In this document: piece by piece, positions 57,214 through 64,000 of the stretch | Layout: every line of letters starts with the position of its first letter | How positions within the stretch are numbered: position 1 is the stretch's first letter | Translations under genes and position numbers: made by a program | Notes under the pieces: generated by a model | Databases searched by the model: none | What the model saw: the letters and a program-made list of their open reading frames with translations, nothing else | Told to the model about the DNA's origin: nothing | Source of the DNA: Candidatus Aminicenantes bacterium | GTDB taxonomy: Bacteria > Acidobacteriota > Aminicenantia > Aminicenantales > JAFGBC01 | Direction of reading: 5' to 3' | DNA: 64,000 nucleotides | NCBI GenBank assembly: GCA_963702005.1 | Contig: OY969696.1 | Location: 1,824,001 to 1,888,000 of the forward strand

Positions 57214-57927
57214 ATGAAAATCGCCATTTCCACGGACAACGGATTTGTCTCAGCCCATTTCGGGCGCTGCCCGGCCTATACCCTTGTCGATATCGAGGAT
57301 GGACGCGTTGTCGGCCGTCAGGAAATTCCGAACCCCGGGCATCAGCCCGGCTTTCTCCCTCAGTATCTAGCGGAGAAAGGGGTCGGCGTCATCATCGCCG
57401 GAGGGATGGGACCCCGGGCCCAGGGTCTTTTCGCCGAAAAAAATATACAGACGATCACCGGGGTTCAAGGCCCTATCGACGGGGTCATTGACATATTCCT
57501 CCGGGGGGAACTCGAAGCCGGCCAGGATTTGTGCGATCACGGGCATCGCCACGATGAGCCCTGCCGCCATGAAGAATCCGCCGGAGAAGCCGGCCCGGGA
57601 GCGCCTCTGGAGGGGAAAATTTGTGTGAGCGCCACGGGCTCGAACCTGGACGCCGAAATCGATCCCAATTTCGGCCGAGCGGCCTACTTCCTAATCGTCG
57701 ACCCGAAGACCCTGGAGTTCAAAGCCCTGGCCAATCCCCACGCCCAGGCCGGTCACGGCGCGGGAATTCAATCCGCCCAGTTGGTCGCGGGCCAGGCGGT
57801 TTCGACCGTCTTGACCGGCCAGGTCGGACCGAATGCCCAGCGGGTCCTCGAATCCGCCGGCGTCCGGGTCATCCGCGCGGAACAAGGCGCCGTCCGGGAA
57901 GCTCTTTCCCGGCTCCAAGGAAGATAG
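57214..57927 (+). CDS. Tandem NifB/NifX-domain protein with His/Cys linker
   Basis: HFGRCPAY...GGMGPRA; [13 protein letters not shown]; NFGRAAYF...GAGIQSAQ. Confidence 0.85.
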   Translation: MKIAISTDNGFVSAHFGRCPAYTLVDIEDGRVVGRQEIPNPGHQPGFLPQYLAEKGVGVIIAGGMGPRAQGLFAEKNIQTITGVQGPIDGVIDIFLRGELEAGQDLCDHGHRHDEPCRHEESAGEAGPGAPLEGKICVSATGSNLDAEIDPNFGRAAYFLIVDPKTLEFKALANPHAQAGHGAGIQSAQLVAGQAVSTVLTGQVGPNAQRVLESAGVRVIRAEQGAVREALSRLQGR

Positions 57928-57929
57928 CC

Positions 57930-58733
57930 ATGGCCGCGAACGAAGAAGACGTTAAGGTTTCAAGGACGCTGGCCCGGATCAAGAACAGGATTCTGGTCTT
58001 CAGCGGCAAGGGCGGCGTCGGCAAGAGCACGGTGGCGGCAAACCTTGCCCTGGCCCTCTCGCTCAAGGGCAAGAAGGTCGGCGCTCTCGACGTGGACATC
58101 CACGGACCCAATCTGGCCAAGATGCTGGGCGTCGAAGACAAAAAGATGGACAACTCCGCCGCGGGAATCGTACCCGTCCAGGTCAACGAAAACCTGAAGC
58201 TCGTCTCCATGTCGTTTTTTATCCAGGATCCGGACCTGCCGGTGATCTGGCGAGGTCCCATGAAGATGAAGGTCATCCAGCAGTTTCTCGGCGATGTGGA
58301 CTGGGGGGATCTGGATTGGCTGATCATCGATTCTCCGCCGGGCACCGGCGACGAACCTCTTTCGGTGGCCCAGCTCATTCCCGCCACGGGCGCCATCATC
58401 GTGACCACGCCCCAGGAGGTGTCCGTCCTGGATTCGCGCAAAGCCGTCGTCTTTGCCATGAAGCTCAACCTGAAAATCCTGGGAATCATAGAAAACATGA
58501 GCGGCCTGACTTGTCCTTACTGCGGCCGCAGGATCGACCTTTTCAAGGTTGGAGGAGGGGAGTCGGCCGCGGCCGACCTGAAAGTCCCGTTTCTGGGCCG
58601 CATTCCCATCGATCCCCAGATCGTTATCTTGGGGGATGAGGGGAAGTCGTTCGCCGATAGCCGGAAGGATTCGGAGGCCTCCCGGGCCTTTGGGGAGATC
58701 GTCGAGAAGATTCTTGACGGCGGAACATCTTAA
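57930..58733 (+). CDS. Mrp/NBP35 Fe-S carrier ATPase
   Basis: [30 protein letters not shown] and ENMS..CPYC. Confidence 0.92.
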   Translation: MAANEEDVKVSRTLARIKNRILVFSGKGGVGKSTVAANLALALSLKGKKVGALDVDIHGPNLAKMLGVEDKKMDNSAAGIVPVQVNENLKLVSMSFFIQDPDLPVIWRGPMKMKVIQQFLGDVDWGDLDWLIIDSPPGTGDEPLSVAQLIPATGAIIVTTPQEVSVLDSRKAVVFAMKLNLKILGIIENMSGLTCPYCGRRIDLFKVGGGESAAADLKVPFLGRIPIDPQIVILGDEGKSFADSRKDSEASRAFGEIVEKILDGGTS

Positions 58734-58754
58734 AACAAAGAAACGGAGAAGCCG

Positions 58755-59198
58755 ATGAAAAAAATCGGGATCATCATCTGCGGACGTTATCAGACGTGCG
58801 GCGGAGGGAAATGCTTCCGGGCCATCCGCGAGCGCGTGGGCGGATTTGCCCGGTATCCCAAGGACGAGCCCGTCGAGGTGGTCGGCTACTCCTCCTGCGG
58901 CGGCTGCCCGGGCGGGAATATCGAGTACGTCCCGGAAGAAATGAAGAAGAACGGGGCGGAGATTATCCATCTGGCCACCGGGTTGGTTGTTGGGTATCCC
59001 CCCTGCCCCCATGTTCGCCAATTCAAGGAATTTATCGAGAAGCGCTATGAGCTTCTCGTGGTGGTCGGAACTCATCCCATCCCGCTCAAGTACCTGGAAG
59101 TGCACAGGAAGCTGTCTTTCTGGAAAAATACGAGCATGGAAGAGCTGGCCGGCGACCTGATGAAGGAAGATAGAACGGTCATGGAGTCTTATAACTGA
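58755..59198 (+). CDS. CGGC domain protein
   Basis: CGGGKC, CGGCPG, IHLATG, CPH and GTH. Confidence 0.88.
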   Translation: MKKIGIIICGRYQTCGGGKCFRAIRERVGGFARYPKDEPVEVVGYSSCGGCPGGNIEYVPEEMKKNGAEIIHLATGLVVGYPPCPHVRQFKEFIEKRYELLVVVGTHPIPLKYLEVHRKLSFWKNTSMEELAGDLMKEDRTVMESYN

Positions 59199-59209
59199 AG
59201 GAGGTCAAG

Positions 59210-59413
59210 ATGCAAGGAAGAGGACAAGGGCGAGGACAAGGAAGAGGTCAGGGAAGAGGCGGAGGCCTCGGCAGGATGGGAGGTCAAGGTCTCGGGCTGG
59301 GCGGCTCATGCGTCTGTCCCTCGTGTGGGGCGAAGGTCCCGCACCAAACGGGAGTGCCCTGCGTCCAGGTTTCCTGCCCCAAATGCGGCAGCAAAATGAC
59401 CCGGGCCGCTTGA
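59210..59413 (+). CDS. Small Gly/Arg-rich Zn-ribbon protein
   Basis: GGAGG RBS; GRGQ x3, then [16 protein letters not shown]...[10 protein letters not shown]. Confidence 0.8.
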   Translation: MQGRGQGRGQGRGQGRGGGLGRMGGQGLGLGGSCVCPSCGAKVPHQTGVPCVQVSCPKCGSKMTRAA

Positions 59414-59424
59414 CTCGTCAACCT

Positions 59425-59670
59425 ATGCCCATTTACGAATACAAGTGCCTGGACTGTGGCCACATCACGGAGGTTCTAGTCCCATCGACCCAAGCCGAAT
59501 CAAATGCGTCCTGCGGGCAGTGCCGGGGTCGGAACCTGAAAAAGATAATCTCGTCCCCCGGAGCCCTGCGGATGGGGTCCTCTTCTCCCCAGGGGAAGAC
59601 CTGCTGCGGAAAGGACGAGCGGTGCGACGCGCCGCCCTGTTCGTCGGGCGGAACCTGCCGACGGGATTAG
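59425..59670 (+). CDS. FmdB-family zinc ribbon protein
   Basis: MPIYEYKCLDCG...CGQC and a Cys-rich tail. Confidence 0.85.
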   Translation: MPIYEYKCLDCGHITEVLVPSTQAESNASCGQCRGRNLKKIISSPGALRMGSSSPQGKTCCGKDERCDAPPCSSGGTCRRD

Positions 59671-59711
59671 TCAGATAGGAACTTGATCGGAATGGCGTCG
59701 CGGAGTCTCCG

Positions 59712-60560
59712 ATGATCATTTCCGTGGCCAGCGGCAAGGGCGGGACGGGCAAGACGACCGTCGCCGTCAACCTGGCGCTGGCCCTTGAGGCCGGTCAGGC
59801 CGTGCAATTCTTGGACTGCGATGTCGAAGAGCCGAATGCCCATTTTTTCCTCAAACCCCAAATCGAGGAAAGCCGGGACGTCTTCACGCTCATCCCCGAA
59901 ATCGATGAAAGCCGCTGCACATATTGCGGTAAATGCGCCCAGGTTTGCGCCTATCACGCCCTGGCCGTAGTGAAGGGGACTGTCCTTGTTTTCTCCGAGC
60001 TCTGCCACGGCTGCGGCGCCTGCCGCCTCCTCTGTCCCGAGAAGGCGATTCGGGAGGTCGGGAAAAAAATCGGTGTCATCGAGTCCGGCCGGGCCGGAGA
60101 GGTGGCTTTTCTCCAGGGCCGGCTGGATATCGGCCAGGCTATGTCGCCGCCCTTAATCAGGGCTCTTAAAGGGCGGCTGGACCCCGGCCGGACGGTGATC
60201 ATTGACGCGCCTCCGGGGACAAGCTGCTCGGTCGTCGAATCGGTCAAGCGCAGCGATTTTTGCCTTCTTGTGACCGAGCCCACCCCCTTCGGGCTTCACG
60301 ACCTGGAGCTCGCTGCGGCCACGGCGAAGGGAATGAAGATCCCTTGCGGAGTGGTGATCAACAGGGCCTCCCTGGGAAACGAAGACGGAAAAATCCGGGA
60401 TTTCTGCGCCGCGGAAGAAATTCCCGTCATGATGACCATCCCTTTTGACCGGAAGATCGCCGAGGCCTACTCGCGGGGACAAGCCATTCTCGAAGCGTTT
60501 CCAGAATACCGGGAGAAGTTTCTGGCGCTGTTCGAGAGGGTCGGGAAAATCGGATCATGA
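59712..60560 (+). CDS. MinD-like P-loop ATPase with inserted ferredoxin domain
   Basis: SGKGGTGKT, DCDVEEPN, two CxxCxxCxxxC, DAPPGTSC and VTEPTPFG. Confidence 0.9.
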   Translation: MIISVASGKGGTGKTTVAVNLALALEAGQAVQFLDCDVEEPNAHFFLKPQIEESRDVFTLIPEIDESRCTYCGKCAQVCAYHALAVVKGTVLVFSELCHGCGACRLLCPEKAIREVGKKIGVIESGRAGEVAFLQGRLDIGQAMSPPLIRALKGRLDPGRTVIIDAPPGTSCSVVESVKRSDFCLLVTEPTPFGLHDLELAAATAKGMKIPCGVVINRASLGNEDGKIRDFCAAEEIPVMMTIPFDRKIAEAYSRGQAILEAFPEYREKFLALFERVGKIGS

Positions 60561-61429
60561 AACAGGTCGTCGTCATCAGCGGGAAGGGAGGCACCGGCAA
60601 GACCGTCCTATCGGCCTGCTTCGCCGCTCTCTCCCGGAACGCCGTCCTGGCCGATGTCGACGTGGACGCCTCCAACCTCCATTTGCTTCTCCACCCGGAA
60701 ATCCGGGAGCGGCAGCTGTTCAAGAGCGGCCAGAAAGCCCGAATTGACGCGGCAAAATGCGTCGGCTGTGGACTTTGCCTCCCGTTGTGCCGATTTGACG
60801 CCCTGGTGGAAGACGATCAGGGCCGAGTCCGTGTTGATCCTCTCTCCTGCGAAGGGTGCGGAGTCTGCTTCCATGTCTGTCCCGCCCAGGCCGTCGCCTT
60901 GGAAATTCCGACTTCCGGCGAATGGTATGTGTCCCTCACCAAATACGGCCCTTTCGTTCATGCGCGGTTGGGTATCGCCGAGGGAAACTCGGGCAAATTG
61001 GTCACCGAGGTGAGGAAAAAAGCCAGGGAGATCGCCGAGAAAGAGGGACGCGATCTCCTGATCATGGACGGATCTCCCGGCATCGGCTGCCCCGTGATCG
61101 CCTCGCTGACCGGGACGGACCTGGCCCTCGTCGTAACCGAGCCGACTCCCTCCGGTCTTCATGACATGGAGAGAATCGTGGATTTGATCCGTCATTTCAA
61201 GATCCGGTCGGCTTGTTGCATCAATAAATACGACCTCAACCATGACAACTCCGATGGAATCGAGCGCTGGTGCCGGGCGCGGTCCATTCCCGTGGTGGGG
61301 AAAATCCCCTTCGACCCGGCCGTGACGGAGTCGGTCGTTCGAGGCATCCCCTACGTGGAATACACCAAGAATTCGTCGGCGCAAGAAATCCGAGATATGT
61401 GGCTCTCCCTCTCGAATCTTTTGACATAG
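60557..61429 (+). CDS. MinD-like P-loop ATPase with inserted ferredoxin domain (second paralogue)
   Basis: SGKGGTGKT, DVDVDASNL, two Fe-S motifs, SGKLVT and DGSPGIGCPVIAS. Confidence 0.9.
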   Translation: MKQVVVISGKGGTGKTVLSACFAALSRNAVLADVDVDASNLHLLLHPEIRERQLFKSGQKARIDAAKCVGCGLCLPLCRFDALVEDDQGRVRVDPLSCEGCGVCFHVCPAQAVALEIPTSGEWYVSLTKYGPFVHARLGIAEGNSGKLVTEVRKKAREIAEKEGRDLLIMDGSPGIGCPVIASLTGTDLALVVTEPTPSGLHDMERIVDLIRHFKIRSACCINKYDLNHDNSDGIERWCRARSIPVVGKIPFDPAVTESVVRGIPYVEYTKNSSAQEIRDMWLSLSNLLT

Positions 61430-61466
61430 AAGAGGAGGTTTTCTCGTAAGGAGACCGGAGCGAACC

Positions 61467-61943
61467 ATGCCCAGGAACGAAGACGACGAGGTCAAAGAAT
61501 CCGCTCGGGAGCTCCAAGAGCGGATCCTGGAGGAGATCCGCCGAACCTACAGCCCCGCCGTGATCGACCACTGGCAAAACCCGAGGAATTTCCGGAAGAT
61601 GGAAGAGGCGGACGGCTACGCCAAGAACAGGGGGATCTGCGGGGACACCATGGAGATGTTTCTTGGGGTTAGGGGTGAAACGGTCGCCGAATGCACGTTC
61701 CAGACGGACGGCTGCGGAACGACCACCGTCTGCGGCAGCGTGGCCACGGAGCTGGCGGCCGGCAAATCCATAATCGAAGCTCTCGGCGCCGTGAACAGCG
61801 CCGAGATCTTGAGGGTCTTGGGCGGACTTCCTGAAGACAGCATCCATTGCGCCCAGCTGGCCGCCGAAACGCTGCGCCGGGCCCTGGCCGATTATCTTTA
61901 TCAGAAGAACGCACCCTGGAAGAAAAATTATCGAAAGACATAA
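61467..61943 (+). CDS. IscU/NifU-like Fe-S scaffold
   Basis: NPRN, CGD, DGC, LGGLP...HC. Confidence 0.88.
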   Translation: MPRNEDDEVKESARELQERILEEIRRTYSPAVIDHWQNPRNFRKMEEADGYAKNRGICGDTMEMFLGVRGETVAECTFQTDGCGTTTVCGSVATELAAGKSIIEALGAVNSAEILRVLGGLPEDSIHCAQLAAETLRRALADYLYQKNAPWKKNYRKT

Positions 61944-61957
61944 AAAAGGAGATCATC

Positions 61958-62794
61958 ATGCCGTTATCATCGCCGCTCAAGTTCGCGCCTCTCGTCCTGG
62001 CCGTTCTTGTTTCCGTCGTTTCCTTGAGGGTCAACGGGAGCCAGCCCGCAAAGACCGGGGGCGTCTTGCCCGAGCGGACGCTTCGATTCACGGTTCTTTA
62101 TGATAATTACCTCTACCGGGAAGGGACCAAGGCGGATTGGGGTTTCTCCTGCCTCATTGAGGGAACGGAAAAAACGATTTTATTTGACACCGGAACCGAT
62201 CCCCGCATCCTGATGCACAACGTCGGCGTCCTCGAGGTCGACTTGAAAAAGGTGAACCTGATCGTTCTTAGCCACATCCACGGCGACCACACCGGAGGAT
62301 TAGCCGCCGTCTTGGAACAGAATCCGAACGTCACCGTCTTTTTCCCCCTCTCCTTTCCGGAGGAATTCGGCTGGCGCGTGAACAACCTGAAGGCCAAAGC
62401 CCAAACCGTCGACAAACCCGTGGAGATATGCAAAAATGTTCATCTCAGCGGCGAGATGGGCGATAAGATCAAGGAGCAGTCCCTGATCGTCGACTCGCCC
62501 AAGGGGCTCATCATCGTCACCGGCTGCTCTCACCAGGGTATCGTGAAAATCCTCAAACGAGCCAAGGAAATTCTGGATAAATCGATTTACCTCGTCTTTG
62601 GCGGGTTTCATCTCCGGAATAAGCCGGACGCCGAAATCCAGGAGATCATCGCCGCGTTCAAGGAACTGAAAGTCGAAAAATGCGGGGCCACCCACTGCAC
62701 CGGTGACGGGCCCATCGCGATGTTCAAGAAGACGTTCGGCGAGAACTATGTGCCCATGGGGACGGGGAGGATCATCGAGACCCCCGGCTTCTAG
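61958..62794 (+). CDS. MBL-fold metallo-hydrolase (COG1237-like)
   Basis: WGFS, LFDTG, SHIHGDHTGG, GCSH.G, GGFHL and HCTG. Confidence 0.88.
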   Translation: MPLSSPLKFAPLVLAVLVSVVSLRVNGSQPAKTGGVLPERTLRFTVLYDNYLYREGTKADWGFSCLIEGTEKTILFDTGTDPRILMHNVGVLEVDLKKVNLIVLSHIHGDHTGGLAAVLEQNPNVTVFFPLSFPEEFGWRVNNLKAKAQTVDKPVEICKNVHLSGEMGDKIKEQSLIVDSPKGLIIVTGCSHQGIVKILKRAKEILDKSIYLVFGGFHLRNKPDAEIQEIIAAFKELKVEKCGATHCTGDGPIAMFKKTFGENYVPMGTGRIIETPGF

Positions 62795-62845
62795 GCTCAT
62801 GGGCTCAAGGGCCCAGTCCGTCCGAAACATGGAGCGTTCCCGAAA

Positions 62846-63511
62846 ATGAAAAGAGAAATTGTCGATCATTTTGAAAAGACCTGGAAGGATTACGATGAGT
62901 GGTTTGATGGGCATCGGGCGCTCTACCAGTCGGAACTGGCGGCTTTGAAGATGGCTGTCCCCCCAGGGGTCGGCCTGGAGATCGGAGTGGGGACGGGCCG
63001 ATTCGCAGCGCCGCTTGGGGCTCGCTTCGGCCTGGATCCGGCCATCGCGATGCTTAGGCAGGCAAAAAAGCGAGGAGTCCTGGTCGTCCAGGGCTTCGGA
63101 GAGAGCCTGCCCTTCAAAGATGAATCGTTCGACTTCATTCAAATTGTATTTGTGATCGAGTTTGTCGATAACGTCCTCCTTTTTATAAGGGAGGCGGTCA
63201 GGACAATTAAGCTGGGCGGGGCGCTGATCCTGGGCTTTATTGACAAGGACAGCGAGTGGGGACGGTATTATGCCCGAGACCCATCCCACGCAGAGTATTT
63301 CCACCCCCCTTCAGTGGAAGACATACTCAGAATTTTCGAAAAGACCGGCCTGGAATTTCAGGGGGCTCACCAGAGTCTGTTTCAGCTTCCGCCCGATATC
63401 AGGAACAAAGAGGAGCCAAAAAGCGGTTTTGGAGAGGGAGGCTTTATTGTCCTGAAAGCAAGGAAAAGAATTTTTGAGCCGGATTTAAGCCAGCAACACA
63501 AAGCGGATTAA
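62846..63511 (+). CDS. Class I SAM-dependent methyltransferase
   Basis: YDEWF, LEIGVGTGRF and ESLPFKDESFD. Confidence 0.88.
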   Translation: MKREIVDHFEKTWKDYDEWFDGHRALYQSELAALKMAVPPGVGLEIGVGTGRFAAPLGARFGLDPAIAMLRQAKKRGVLVVQGFGESLPFKDESFDFIQIVFVIEFVDNVLLFIREAVRTIKLGGALILGFIDKDSEWGRYYARDPSHAEYFHPPSVEDILRIFEKTGLEFQGAHQSLFQLPPDIRNKEEPKSGFGEGGFIVLKARKRIFEPDLSQQHKAD

Positions 63512-63590
63512 TGGTATCCTATGAGCCAAAAGAACCGGAGATTCGATCAGCACAAACCTTCCGGCTCTTCAATGCTATGGGACAGCTGAA

Positions 63591-63977
63591 ATGAGGACGG
63601 AGGATCGTGGCCTTTATATTCTGGTGATAAGATTGAAGAAAGCTCTAAGAATAAAAGTCGCAAAACTGACTCCATCCGTTTTTAAGGCGGGATTCTATCT
63701 TTACGTCGGCAGAGCCAAACGAGGGCTTCAGGCTAGGCTCGATCGCCACAGGAGGGAAAGAAAAAAGCTCTTCTGGCATATCGATTACCTTCTCCAAAAA
63801 ACCACAATAGCCGAAGTATGGATAAAACATGATTCTTTTGACGAATGCCAGACGGTCGGGAAAATCAGGGAGCAGTTAGCGGATTCCGTCTTTCCACAAA
63901 AATATTTCGGCGCTTCGGACTGCCGTTGCCCCGGCCATCTTCTCTACCTGCCCGAGGGGGTGATCTTGAAGACTTGA
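63591..63977 (+). CDS. GIY-YIG (DUF123-like) nuclease
   Basis: GLYIL...GFYLYVGRA, WHIDYL and FGASDCRC..HL. Confidence 0.85.
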   Translation: MRTEDRGLYILVIRLKKALRIKVAKLTPSVFKAGFYLYVGRAKRGLQARLDRHRRERKKLFWHIDYLLQKTTIAEVWIKHDSFDECQTVGKIREQLADSVFPQKYFGASDCRCPGHLLYLPEGVILKT

Positions 63978-64000
63978 GGAAACAGCTTGGCTTTGAGAGG

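Noticed and set aside
56612-57927. Nitrogen fixation genes
   Set aside because: Only NifX-like domains are present; no nifHDK or radical-SAM NifB.
59410-59421. TTGAC-TC-GTCAA mini-palindrome as a footprint of the TTGAC elements
   Set aside because: Too short, includes a stop codon, and is inverted rather than direct; plausible by chance.

Overview
GC-rich bacterial DNA, almost fully coding. The gene content (GWxTD, acidobacterial VWA, SBBP, Oar-type TonB receptor, sulfatase-TPR) suggests an Acidobacteriota/Aminicenantes-like anaerobe; this is inference. (1) 1-23 kb: envelope, secreted and efflux genes. Two near-identical 606-bp tnpA-only IS200/IS605 copies are each inserted cleanly after TGCAC, disrupting an ankyrin-MBL gene and a phospholipase D gene. 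(2) 23.5-25 kb: a scar region with an internally deleted M61 peptidase copy and a doubly truncated antitoxin-PIN fragment, bounded by nested palindromic elements flanked by TTGAC; a third element sits at 10.6 kb. In two of the three, the right-hand TTGAC is the -35 box of a near-consensus promoter. (3) 25-44 kb: a peptide/lysine locus (C45, TonB receptor, M28, PhzF, KamA, M20, YfcC, two DmpA paralogues, APC permease, non-pyrrolysine MttB, split LKR/SDH). (4) 44-53 kb: sulfatase-TPR, GWxTD, the intact M61 gene and an ABC-2 exporter. (5) 53-64 kb: a Fur-box-led NifX/Mrp/MinD-ferredoxin (orange-protein-like) metal-cluster locus. No rRNA, tRNA or CRISPR array was seen. All calls come from motif recognition by eye, not database searches.
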